This document shows positions 13,686-26,038 of a stretch of DNA of 64,000 bases, one piece after another. Each line of letters starts with the position of its first letter. Positions within the stretch are counted from its first letter, which is position 1. Location of the stretch: the NCBI RefSeq assembly GCF_000143415.4, contig NW_003314288.1:534939-598938 (forward strand), read 5' to 3'. Below the pieces are notes generated by a model that saw only the letters and a program-made list of their open reading frames with translations, was not told the DNA's origin and searched no databases. Source of the stretch: Selaginella moellendorffii. Taxonomy: Eukaryota; Plantae; Lycopodiophyta. The position numbers and the translations under genes are program-made.

Positions 13686-15404
13686 ATCACACTCCACAAG
13701 TAAGTAGTAGTGACTGTTGCTGGGTGGATTTTGGTAGAGCAGTGTAGCGAAGTAGTAGTCATGGAAGGAGGAATTTCTTTTGGCTGGGGTGATTCTTTGG
13801 AGCCACGAGCGAAGCAAGGAAGCAAGATAAATAAAATGGATCAAACAATATAATTCAGGAATTAAATTCTATAAAACAATAAAATTTAAAATGAAAACAG
13901 TAAAATATAACATAGAATATAAATAGAATAAAATAGAGTAATAAACTACAACATATGCAGCATATACTCTTCAATAATAAATTTCAAGCCATGATTCTCA
14001 TTATATAATCTTGTAAACAAATTTTCAATAAATACTAAAAAAATTCTAATTATCGCATTTTTTGAAAAAACTTTTTATGGAGTCTCTTCTTGAACTATAT
14101 GACAACATTAAATATCTGTACTACATTATTTATTAATCCTGCCTAAATTCAAACAAAACTGATACAAGCTATTAGTATCATAACACTACCCTTGCATTTC
14201 AAATTCTTTGTCAAGCTTGCATTTCAAATTTTCCCCCTCTTAGCCTTATGGTTTTTTCTTAGGTTTTATTATTTGGGTTCTCTAAGGTCACCACTACTGG
14301 TTCATAGATCACATCTTAGGTGGCATTTTTCCTTCCTCTCTAGCACATCCTAAGCACATGTCTCTCCCACACTGTTTTGGTTTGTTTATGGCTGTCGCGA
14401 ATGTGACTTCAGGTATCGAAAGTTACCTGTCGGCCAGTCCTTACGGACACTCTTACCTTACTGCCACGACGGCAGGAGGTCGGTATTGCTGGACCCGTTA
14501 TTAGTCTCCGCCTAAGCTAGTTGAGAAACTGGTCCTCGCGTGTGCACTTGACCAGATGGGCATAAGGACGGAATTCCTAAGTGCTATTAGTCAAGCATAC
14601 TTGACCTGGTTAGAGAAACTCATTCGTTGACTTGCACTTGCTAGTGTTGGGAACCCCCGCGGTATTGAGCTTGGTCCCTCAACATCGCTAGATGATAGCT
14701 TACCGTGTCTGCCAAACACCCTCGCTATCATGCCCTTTGTGTTAGTCTCAATTCGTCCTAGATGCTATTTATGGAAAGTGTCCAGATTTGCTCATTTGGC
14801 ATATCTACGGAATGTAGAGATCGTCCTGAACACAATGGTGTTCGTCCCGTGTCCAAATTCGCAATCTAAGGACATTCCATATTTAGTAAGTTTTGAGCTT
14901 GTCCCAGAGACTAACTCCTAATACTAAGGGAGGCTTGGGGTGAAAGCCCAAAGCGTGTGTTCCTCAAGGGGGGGGGGGGGGGTTATGGGGGGTTCCAAAT
15001 GTATAGTAAGGATAGTGGGTAGGTCGGGCATGGCCCACCAACCTGAGGCATAGTCTAGCTCCCGCTTGCGTGCCTGTCCTTGTTCTGCGTCCGGCTTGGG
15101 TCTAAGCCCAAGTTCCATTCCATGCTAGCTGGTGGAGTACCCATATCCTCACGTTAGGCCACCGGTATGCTGAAATAGCGCCAGACCCCGTTTGGCTCCG
15201 TTTTGCGTGCTGGTCCTAGCATTGGGATGCTGGTTGCTCCAGGACTGTTCCAAGTCGCTCCGGGCCCCTGTCCCTTCGCTCCTTGGGCTATATGCTCGGG
15301 AGTTGCTCCGTGGTCCGGTTCCATCACTCCTTGGCATCACGTTTGGGAGTTTGGCACTGTTCCTTCGTTCAGTGGCCCAAGGCCCTGAACCTCGGGTTCC
15401 TATG

Positions 15405-15455
15405 GACACGTGGCATGGACACGTGGTATGTGACACGTGGCATCTATCACGTGGC
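15405..15455 (+). promoter_or_regulatory. Cluster of four G-box/ABRE-like motifs in the family A LTR (also about 22127-22177; partly degenerate at about 33233-33283)
   Basis: GACACGTGGC, GACACGTGGT, GACACGTGGC and TCACGTGGC within 51 bp; function inferred from motif only. Confidence 0.5.
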
Positions 15456-16669
15456 ACAAAGAGGGTTTAGGTTCCGCTTCGTGGTGTTATCCTATGGTAA
15501 ATCACCATAGGATAAAGGGTCAAAACCACGTGCGCTACATTTGGTATCAGAGGATGAGTCTCAGCGAGTACTATTCAATGAGATTGGGCAACTAGTCTTG
15601 TTGCATACGCAGAGATGAAAACGATGATCCGAGTGGGTACACGTTTTGGTGCAAAGACTTTGCAATCATTCCTTGGGTATGGATTTGGTTACCTTCTTGT
15701 ACCTTATGATGTGAGCTTGCGCTTGGGCTCATAGGATGGTTTGGAGATGTTCTGTTTGCACGAGTTTGAGCTTGGGCTCGTGAATGAGGCGCATTAGCAA
15801 CTTGAGGTTACACTTTGAGTTGGCAGGATTAATGTTAGCCTATCGGTGGTTCTGTGAGTTGTTCCTTATACCATGGGTGAAAAGCAAACCTCCCTGGGTT
15901 TGCTGTGAGTGGCAAATAGGCTGGTCCGTAGCTATTTAGCACGGCACTAGTGGATCCTTCCTAGGCATGATTATAATTGGATCAGTCAAGACTGTAGGGA
16001 ATAGTCTATTGGTTCAAGTAATCATTGCCGTGCTCTCTCATAAACTTTTCTTGGATTGAACTGAAGGCAGTGCGAAAGCAAGCTTGAGGTTTGGTCAAAG
16101 ATGAGACCGAAAAGAGAGTCATCGAGGACGGAAGATCAAATACATAAATCATTTTCTCTTCTTGGAGAGATGATTTGCAACGAGGTGTTAACTCATTGCT
16201 TGTGTTCACATCATGCAATCAAGAGTCCCTATTTTGATGCATGTTGGAGATGGTGGTTTTACAATAGTGAGTTATGGGATGGATAGTGGTGAAACACTAA
16301 ACCATTTTGTCTAGGCTCGCTATTGGAAGACTTGGGTTGCAATGCTCAATTCTTTTCCAGGGAATCTTGCTACTGCTCCTTGAGTAGCTTGGTGTTGGAT
16401 TAGTGTTGAGTTTGGTCGGAAAGAGAGTGGCATGAGCTTGTCCGTGTGGTGAACAAAAGTTAGTGATGTTGGGTGTTGTAAAACTCTATCGGTGGAGTGT
16501 GGCATTTATGTCGCATTTTGTCGAATTGAGTTGGCACTTGATGCTCACATAAACCTTTGAAGTAATGACATTGGCATTGCTCATATTGTTGCTTGATTGA
16601 TGATCAAGTCATTGTGATACTTATATCATATCCATGTGATAATGAACAATGTGTTTACGAAGTTGCTTG

Positions 16670-17051
16670 NNNNNNNNNNNNNNNNNNNNNNNNNNNNNNN
16701 NNNNNNNNNNNNNNNNNNNNNNNNNNNNNNNNNNNNNNNNNNNNNNNNNNNNNNNNNNNNNNNNNNNNNNNNNNNNNNNNNNNNNNNNNNNNNNNNNNNN
16801 NNNNNNNNNNNNNNNNNNNNNNNNNNNNNNNNNNNNNNNNNNNNNNNNNNNNNNNNNNNNNNNNNNNNNNNNNNNNNNNNNNNNNNNNNNNNNNNNNNNN
16901 NNNNNNNNNNNNNNNNNNNNNNNNNNNNNNNNNNNNNNNNNNNNNNNNNNNNNNNNNNNNNNNNNNNNNNNNNNNNNNNNNNNNNNNNNNNNNNNNNNNN
17001 NNNNNNNNNNNNNNNNNNNNNNNNNNNNNNNNNNNNNNNNNNNNNNNNNNN
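16670..17051. other. Assembly gap (N run)
   Basis: Run of N. Confidence 1.
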
Positions 17052-20000
17052 TGAAGAAGAGTGTTAGTGCAATGTGGACGTCCGAAGTTGTGGTCTTCAT
17101 GATCAAGCTTTAGATGTTCATTTTTGGCACTTTGCGGATATCAGTGTTAGATGTCGGAGATATGGGCAAAAAGAGATGTTCGAGGCTTAAGCATACTATG
17201 GGTCTCGAGGATTTGTGTTAAGGTGAACATATGTGAAGTTGTTAGTAGGAGGAAGTTGGTTGAGTCTTGAAAGTTTGCATTTCTAGACTGAGAGTCATTC
17301 TTTCTCTAGGATGGAAAATTTCCCACAAATTTTCTTGGACTTTTCCAATGGCTGATCTGTTGGTCACTTTGCTCGAAAACCATTCTGTTTTCGTAAGCTA
17401 GTACAAACTATTGAAAGGGTTGGAGTTGGCTTCGGTTGGCTTAAACCTTAGTAAGTAGTTTGTATGATGCGACCCGAAAGGGATGCTAACTTTTGGGGCT
17501 AAGGCAATTGAGTTGGATAGAGTCTGGAGTTAGTGTAGAAAAGTGGCTGTTGCACTTTTCTAAGAAGGGTGACTCTTGTGCCTTTCTTTTGTAGCATTAT
17601 GCTCGGTGGCAGGTTGCACTTTACATTTCGCTAAGACTCTATGAGAGTAGTGAGCTCTCACTGATCTTGACTTAGTCTTGGTAGCCCTGCACCTTGGCTG
17701 AGGATGGTGATGTCCAACTTAGTTGTTTGAGGTTGAGATGTTGGTACCCATACTATAGCTTTGTCTATGAGGAGGTTGTGTACCGATATGAGTCCATCTT
17801 ATGATCTTCACTTTAGTTTCGACTGAGTGTTGATTGCATAGCTAGCCTCTTCAAAGCATGCTCAGAGCTAGTGGCTAAATGTTTTAGTGAGCTTATTGCG
17901 GTTGAGTTGGATTTGAGTGGTCATTTAGTTTGTGCTTGTCTATGAACTTTTATCTCGTACCTGGGGTATCACGTTCATATTGGGCAAGTATATCACTTGA
18001 TGACAAGAGTTGGTGTTTGAGTCTTGTGAACGCAAGTTAAGGAGTGATTGTTAGTTGCTTTGCGACTAGTGATTACTTGTAGACTTCATCAAGGACCGTT
18101 GATACTTGCTTTGCTCGATGATGATTTAGCAGTGGTGGGCTTGCTTTACCGAATAGTGTTGCGGAGGATCGTGTCGTTAGACATACATGGGTTTTCCATG
18201 TTGACATGTCGACTCTACCTCTGTTGATATCATTTGGTTACATTTAGTCCGTAGTGTTGGATTTCATTGAGTCTTGGATGTGGTGATTCACTCCTTGATA
18301 ATGTGTTATCTGTAATTGAGTTTTGTTGGAGGATTAGTCTCGGATACTGACTAAAGTATCTTCGACTTTGGTTAGCTTGGTTGCTGGAGAGTTTTGAGTG
18401 GTGATTCACTCGTGCTTTCTTCTAGCTTTGTTTTGGTGTTGATGGCATTGAAGTGATGCTTTGTCATTGACATTGTTGATATTGAGATCTGAGTGAAATG
18501 AAAGCTCTTTCCTTAGGATTGATATTGAGTTTCATTAGTCTTTATGAAAAGTGTTGATGATTTAGCTTTAGCTTTGTGTTGTTGGTATTCATGCATTTGC
18601 TAGTTAGCAACTGTGTTGACGTTCAAATGAACTGAGTGGCAAGTTGAGTTAGTTGTGTTCTCGATGAGTTTGTTTAGTAAGGGTTGAGCTTTAAGCTTGT
18701 CCTTGAAAAGTGATTCAGTCGTGGACTATGCTAACTTTACAAACGAAAGAGTTAGTGATCAATATTGGAAAGTTTGAATCGTTATTGGGTTTGAATTCAA
18801 ATATATTGATCATTGATGATTTGCCTTGTACTTGTTATGACGTGAGTTACGTCTTGCTGTAGATGGATTCATGGAGGATCGTTTGATGATCACTTGTTAA
18901 GCATAGCTTCATTGTGCTTAGCTTTTGGATTGATGCAGAAATGCTCTTCATTAGCTTTGGCATTATGAAGTTTGGCTTATGGAGGTGTTGAAGAAGACAT
19001 TGTGGGTTGCACCATGATTTCTTCTTTAGCATCGAAGTTAGCTTCTATGAGACTCGTGATCATTATTAAGCAAGACTTGGCTATAGGTTTCTTCGAGCTT
19101 TGGTTCTTTGAGTTTTATGCTCATTGTTCCATTTGTTAGAAGTTGTTGGGGAAAGCATTTTGGCTCATTAGCTTCGATGTTGAAGTTAGTATTTGCATCT
19201 AGCAATCATTGGTGATGATTGACTATCATCTAGGATAATTGATTATCCATGTCAAAAAGTTTTGCTTGATTATTGTTGGTATAGAATGGTTTACCGTTCT
19301 TCGGGATGGTGGATTCCTTCTTAGACGATGATTATGCATCTCTTTATTAATGGAATGATTGATGATCTTTCATGATGGTTAGTTGTTCTCTTTGATAGCT
19401 TATGGCTTTTCGCATTACCATATATTCTTTGTGGTTTGCTCTGGATTAGTCTCTTGGGTTTGAGACATCAGTAGGATGTTGCTAACACTTGCTTAGGCAA
19501 CTTGAGTTCCTTGGTATTGTTGGCTGGGATCTATTCAGATTGGCTTTTGTGATAGTTGGCAGGCATGAGTGTTTGTTGGTCTTCCCACATTCATTCTCTT
19601 CTGTTGATTGTTGCTCGAGTTAGTTTTGATAAATTTGGATGTTATTTCCTTTGGGTGATACATTCGCGAGCATTGTGCTTGTTAGTCAATGATACTTTGT
19701 GTTCTTTGAGTTCTCTTTAGTAAGTTGTTGGTTTACTGTCTGCTATCTTCGGTAGTTAAGTTTTATCATTGTGTTTACTTGATGATATACTTGCTATTGA
19801 ATTTTGTTGGATGGTGCATCTTATGTTTTCCAATGATAGTGATCTTGGTGACTTTTATACTCTAATACTAGTTTATCGGATGATAACTTACTTGGAATAC
19901 TTTTGTGTTCTAATCTAAGCTTTATTCCCTGATAATTAAATCTCTAACATATCATTGTCTATGACTTTGATATTGTCCAACTATTGATCTTTGAGTTTGG

Positions 20001-20174
20001 GCCAGTAATGGGCAGACTGGCTTCGGTACTTCGTGTGCATGGTGAAATCTCTAGTCATGGGGTAGCTACTGTTGACTGGTCACATAACCCGCCTCTTTGT
20101 CGATGTTCCTTATTCCGTTGAAAGGGCGTGACCGTGTAAAAAACTCTAACTGCCTGTTTACAGTAGTCTATCTA

Positions 20175-20767
20175 TGTAAGCTCCTGAGTTTGGACTTCCC
20201 GGGAGGTCACCCAGCCCAGTACTATTCAAACCCAAGGACGCTTAACCCCAAATATCCCAAGACCCTTAACCAATTGGAAAAGGGGGTGCACTCTTGTTCA
20301 TGGGCCCTTTCCCTCTATATTTGAACCCCATGGATCGTCTCTCAAGTCGTTCCCTTTGGTTGCTTACAATCCACCACGCTTCCCTGCAAGTTCACGCCCT
20401 CGTGAACGGAAGCTGAGAGCTGCAGCTCTCCCGAGAGCCCCGCTCTCTTGACACCCTACCCCTCGGGTCGAGCCCAGTGGGAACAAACTGGACCAGCTAG
20501 ATGTCAATCAACATGTGGTGTGATCCCCTTAGCCAACCAACAGAGTCGGACCTGAGACCCCTCTGATACCAAATGTAAGCTCCTGAGTTTGGACTTCCCG
20601 GGAGATCACCCAGCCCAGTACTATTCAAACCCAAGGACGCTTAACCCCAAATATCCCAAGACCCTTAACCAATTGGAAAAGGGGGTGCACTCTTGTTCAT
20701 GGGCCCTTTCCCTCTATATTTGAACCCCATGGATCGTCTCTCAAGTCGTTCCCTTTGGTTGCTTACA
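20175..20767 (-). mobile_element. Cassandra TRIM, young copy nested in the family A 3' internal region
   Basis: 194-bp LTRs 20175-20368 and 20574-20767 (one mismatch seen); minus-strand LTR core GTTAAGCGTCCTTGGGTTTGAATAGTACTGGGCTGGGTGACCTCCCGGGAAGTCC matches the 5S A-box/IE/C-box; PBS(Met); TSD ATCTA; empty site in the paralog at about 24240-24255. Confidence 0.95.
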
Positions 20768-22848
20768 ATCTAAACCTTACCGACGGGTTTGGTTTCTTTG
20801 CTCAGGAGGGTTGGGGCCTCTGGCTTCTCTCTCTATGTCCCTGCGGGCAGGGCATATCACACTTTTGTAAGCTGGGTGACTCCCAGAGCAGCAGGGGTGG
20901 CTGACTCCGTTGGTCATTTCCTTGTCGGCGACAGCCGGAAGGTGTCTGAGCTGGTAGCGCATCCGCGTTAGACAAAGAGGTTTCCCCCTAACTCATTTAA
21001 GTTGGTGCATTTCTCACATAGTGTGAGTACCGTGAACTTTTTATGGAGTTGTTTCCTTGGCGGTATTCTAGACTGGAGTATGCATCGACGAGGACGTCGA
21101 TTTTCCCAAGGGGGGGAGAGTGTCGTGAATGTGACTTCAGGTATCGAAAGTTACCTGTCAGCCAGTCCTTACGGACACTCTTACCTTACTGCCACGACGG
21201 CAGGAGGTCGGTATTGCTGGACCCGTTATTAGTCTCCGCCTAAGCTAGTTGAGAAACTGGTCCTCGCGTGTGCACTTGACCAGATGGGCATAAGGACGGA
21301 ATTCCTAAGTGCTATTAGTCAAGCATACTTGACCTGGTTAGAGAAACTCATTCGTTGACTTGCACTTGCTAGTGTTGGGAACCCCCGCGGTATTGAGCTT
21401 GGTCCCTCAACATCGCTAGATGATAGCTTACCGTGTCTGCCAAACACCCTCGCTATCATGCCCTTTGTGTTAGTCTCAATTCGTCCTAGATGCTATTTAT
21501 GGAAAGTGTCCAGATTTGCTCATTTGGCATATCTACGGAATGTAGAGATCGTCCTGAACACAATGGTGTTCGTCCCGTGTCCAAATTCGCAATCTAAGGA
21601 CATTCCATATTGGAATTTCGAGCTTGTCCCAGAGACTAACTCCTGATACTAAGGGAGGCTTGGGGTGAAAGCCCAAAGCGTGTGTTCCTCAAGGGGGGGG
21701 GGGGTTATGGGGGGTTCGAAATGTATAGTAGGGATAGTGGGTAGGTCGGGCATGGCCGACCAACCTGAGGCATAGTCTAGCTCCCGCTTGCGTGCCTGTC
21801 CTTGTTCTGCGTCCGGCTTGGGTCTAAGCCCAAGTTCCATTCCATGCTAGCTGGTGGAGTACCCATATCCTCACGTTAGGCCACCGGTATGCTGAAATAG
21901 CGCCAGACCCCGTTTGGCTCCGTTTTGCATGCTGGTCCTAGCATTGGGATGCTGGTTGCTCCAGGACTGTTCCAAGTCACTCCGGGCCCCTGTCCCTTCG
22001 CTCCTTGGGCTATATGCTCGGGAGTTGCTCCGTGGTCCGGTTCCATCACTCCTTGGCATCACGTTTGGGAGTTTGGCACTGTTCCTTCGTTCAGTGGCCC
22101 AAGGCCCTGAACCTCGGGTTCCTATGGACACGTGGCATGGACACGTGGTATGTGACACGTGGCATCTGTCACGTGGCACAAAGAGGGTTTAGGTTCCGCT
22201 TCGTGGTGTTATCCTATGGTAAATCACCATAGGATAAAGGGTCAAAACCACGTGCGCTACATTTGGTATCAGAGGATGAGTCTCAGCGAGTACTATTCAA
22301 TGAGATTGGGCAACTAGTCTTGTTGCATACGCAGAGATGAAAACGATGATCCGAGTGGGTACACGTTTTGGTGCAAAGACTTTGCAATCATTCCTTGGGT
22401 ATGGATTTGGTTACCTTCTTGTACCTTATGATGTGAGCTTGCGCTTGGGCTCATAGGATGGTTTGGAGATGTTCTGTTTGCACGAGTTTGAGCTTGGGCT
22501 CGTGAATGAGGCGCATTAGCAACTTGAGGTTACACTTTGAGTTGGCAGGATTAATGTTAGCCTATCGGTGGTTCTGTGAGTTGTTCCTTATACCATGGGT
22601 GAAAAGCAAACCTCCCTGGGTTTGCTGTGAGTGGCAAACCACGTGCGCTACAATGGCCATGGTAAGTTTTTCTTTCCTCAAAACATATGGTTTCCATTAT
22701 TATAAAAAATATACATTTGTATTTTAGTATTGCTTGGCATGAGACTATATGATAGTGTAATGTATTTAAGAGAGTCATCCCATACTTGTGTATAGGGATG
22801 AGAGCGCATGCCTAGAAATCTCAAAACAAAAGAACAAAGATTTACAAG

Positions 22849-25025
22849 TGTAGTGCATGTGGTTTTGACCCTTTATCCTATAGTGATTTACCATAGGATA
22901 ACCACAAAGCAAAACCTAAACCCTCCATATGCCACGTGTCACATGCCACGTGTCCAAAGGTTAGTGGTGTGGAACTCAAGTTTTAGGGCTTTGGGCCATT
23001 GAACGAAGGAATGGTGCCAAACTCCCAAGAATGGAGCCAAGAAGCAATGGCATTGGAGCACGGAACAACTCCTGAGCATATAGCCCAAGGAGTGAAGGGA
23101 CAGGAGTAGGGAACGACTTGGATCAGTCTTAGAGCAAAAAGCATCCCAATGCTAAAACTAGCATGCAAAACAGAGTCAAATGGAGTTTGGCTCTATTTCG
23201 GCATACCAGTGGCCTAACGTGAGGATATGGGTACTCCATTAGTTGGCATGGAATGGAACTTGGGGTTAGACTCAATCTGGACATAGAACAAAGACAAGCA
23301 TGCAAGCGGGAGTTAAACTATGCCTTAAGTTGGTCTACCATGCCCAACCTACCCACTATCCCTACTATACATTTGGAACTCCTATAACACCCCCCCCCCC
23401 CCCCCCCTTCTTGAGGAACACACGCTTTGGGCTTTCACCCTACACAAGACGAACACCATTGTGTTAAGAACAATTTCTACATTCCAAATGAGCAAATTTA
23501 GACACTTTCCATAAATAGCATTTGGGACCAAAATGAGACTAACACAAAGGGCATGATAGCGAGGGTATTTGGGAGATACAATAAGCTATCATTCAGCAAT
23601 ATTGAGGGACTAGTCTCAATATACGAGGGTTCTTGTCAAGCCAATGCAAGATAGAGCAAAAGAAAACTAAAAAGCCAAACCAAATATGTTTAGCTAAATA
23701 GAGACTTAGGAATTCTATCCTTATGCTCATCCGGCCAAATACATATGCAAAGTCCAATTTACTAACACTTGAACAAGAGGGACTAATAAAAGGTCCAGCA
23801 ATACCAACCTCCTACCATCATGGCAGTAAGGAAAAAGTGTCCATAAGGACTATCCGACAAGTAACTTTCGATACTCGAAGTCACATTTGCGACACTCTCC
23901 CCCCCTAGGGAAGATCGACGTCCTTGTCAATGCATATTTGAGTTTAGACCACTGCAAAGGAAATAACTCCAGAAAAAGTTCATGGTGATCACACTATGTG
24001 AAAAATGCACCAACTTAAATGAGTTAAGAAGCAACCTTTTTATCTAATGTGGATGCACTACCAGCTCAGACACCTTTTGGCCATTGCCGACAAGGAAATA
24101 ACCAATGGAGTTAGCCACCCTTGCTACTCTGGGTGTCACCCAGCTTACAAAAGTGTGATAGGCCCTTGCCCACAAGGATATAGAGAGAGAAGCCAAAGGT
24201 GCCAACCCTCATGAGCAAAGAAACCAAACCCGTCAGTAAGGTTTAGATAGACTACTATTGTAAATAGGTAGTTAGAGTTGTTTACACGGTCACGCCCTTT
24301 TAACGGAATAAGAAACATCAATAGAGAAGTGGGTGATATGATCAATCATTAATAGCTACCCCATGACTAAAGATTTCACCATGCACACGAAGTGCTGAAA
24401 CCAGTCTGCCTATACTGGCCCAAACTCAAAGATCAATAGATAGATAATATCAAAGTTATAGACAATGATAGCTTAAAGATTTAATTATTAGTGACTAAAT
24501 CTTAGATTGGAACACAAAAGTATTCTAAGTAATTTATCATCTGATAAACCAGTATTATAGGATAGGAACCACCAAAAGCACTATAGTTAGAAAACATAGG
24601 ATTTAATATCCAACAAAATTCAATAATCAGTGTATCATCAAGGAAACTTAATGATAAAATTTAACTATCAAATATAGTAGATAGTATGTTAAACAACTTA
24701 CAAAAGATAACTGAAAGAACACAAAGTATCATGAACCGACAAGCACAATGCTCACGAATGTATCACCCGAAGGAAATAACATCCTAATCTATTAGAACTA
24801 ACTCGAGCAATAATCAATAGAACAGAATGAATGTGGGAAAACCAACAAACACTCATTCATGCCAACTATCACACTAGCTAATTTGACTAAATCCCGATCA
24901 ACAATACAAAGGAACTAAAGTTGCTTAAGCAAGTGTTAGCAACGTCTGGCTTATGGCTTTTCACAATACCACATATTCCTTGTGGTTTGCCTTGGATTGG
25001 TCTCTTGGGTTTGAAACATTAGTAG
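22849..25025 (-). mobile_element. Older, 5'-truncated family A copy (3' LTR 22849-23894, PPT, 3' internal region)
   Basis: Reverse complement of about 19400-22261 without the Cassandra insert; many CpG/CHG transitions. Confidence 0.85.
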
Positions 25026-26038
25026 AGCTTGACAAACTCGAAAATGTCTTCCTAATTCAAAATCCAAAATGGCTATCACCACTAATCATTGTCCCCAAGA
25101 AGAAAAACAAGCTTAGGATTTGTGTCAACTATAAAAAGCTCAACGATACAACTCAAAAAGACTCCTTTTCAATTCCATTCTTTGATAAAATTCTTGATGC
25201 AATTGTAGGATATGAAATGTACTCCTTTCTCAATGGCTTCAATAGACACTATCAAGTACACATTGCATCTGAAGATCAACACAAGATAGCTTTCATCAAT
25301 CCATAGGGAGCATATGCCTACCTTCGCATGCCTTTCAGTCTCTCCAATGCACCATTCATGTTTCAATAGATCATCACTAACACTTTTTGAGACTACCTCA
25401 CCGAATTTATACGAGTATTTATGGATGACTTTAGTGTCTTCAGCAACAAAGAAGATCATCTCCAATGCTTAGAAAAATTCTTCATCAAATGCCATGAACA
25501 CAATATCACATTGAACCCTAACAAGTACATTTTCTTCGTCAAATCAGGAATTCTACTTGGACATGTAGTTTCCAAAGAACGAATCCTCATTAACAAGGAC
25601 ACAATCACCAATATACAACATCCATTTGACATTTCAAGCCTTCAATCACTCCTCAGTAAGATGGGATACCATTGAAGATTCATCAAAGACTACACTAAGA
25701 TTGCAAAACCCATCACCGAACTCCTCAAGAAGAATCAAGCTTACAAACACCTTCATCAACCTCAAGAATTCCCTCACCCAAGCTCCAATACTTGTTCAAC
25801 CAAACTGGAACAAAGACTTCAACATTCAAGTCGACACCTCCAACTACACACTCAGAGTGATCCTTTTGCACCAACAAGAAGATCATAAAGACTGACCAAT
25901 CTACTATGCAAGTTGAAGACTCAACTCAGTCGAAATGAACTACACTATAATTGAAAAAGAAGCTCTAGCAATGATCTACGCACTCCAGAAGTTTTGACAC
26001 TACCTACTCAGTAACTTCTTTCACATTCTCAACAAAAC
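25024..26038 (+). pseudogene. Family C Ty3 pol fragment (RT-RNaseH), left part
   Basis: WLSPLIIVPKKKNKLRICVNY and MDDFSVFS; continues at 39054 after the B composite; paralog at 50440-52830 (minus). Confidence 0.85.

Larger units (their letters stand above)
14393..22652 (+). mobile_element. Family A LARD (non-coding LTR element related to family B) with a partial tandem third unit
   Basis: LTR1 14393-15539, PBS(Met) 15542, non-coding internal region, PPT 21108-21120, LTR2 21121-22261, second PBS and internal to about 22635, terminal LTR stub to 22652; TSD ATGGC (14388-14392 and 22653-22657). Confidence 0.9.

Noticed and set aside
14730-15510. Short ORFs recurring in A/B LTRs (MELGLRPKPDAEQG.., MPRDRCHV..)
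   Set aside because: They recur only because the LTRs are repeated; non-ATG starts, variable poly-G indels and no recognisable domain
16593-17113. ORFs made of X residues
   Set aside because: Artefacts of the N gap
20190-20250. 5S rRNA gene
   Set aside because: Only the internal promoter part of 5S is present, inside paired LTRs with PBS and TSD; this is Cassandra
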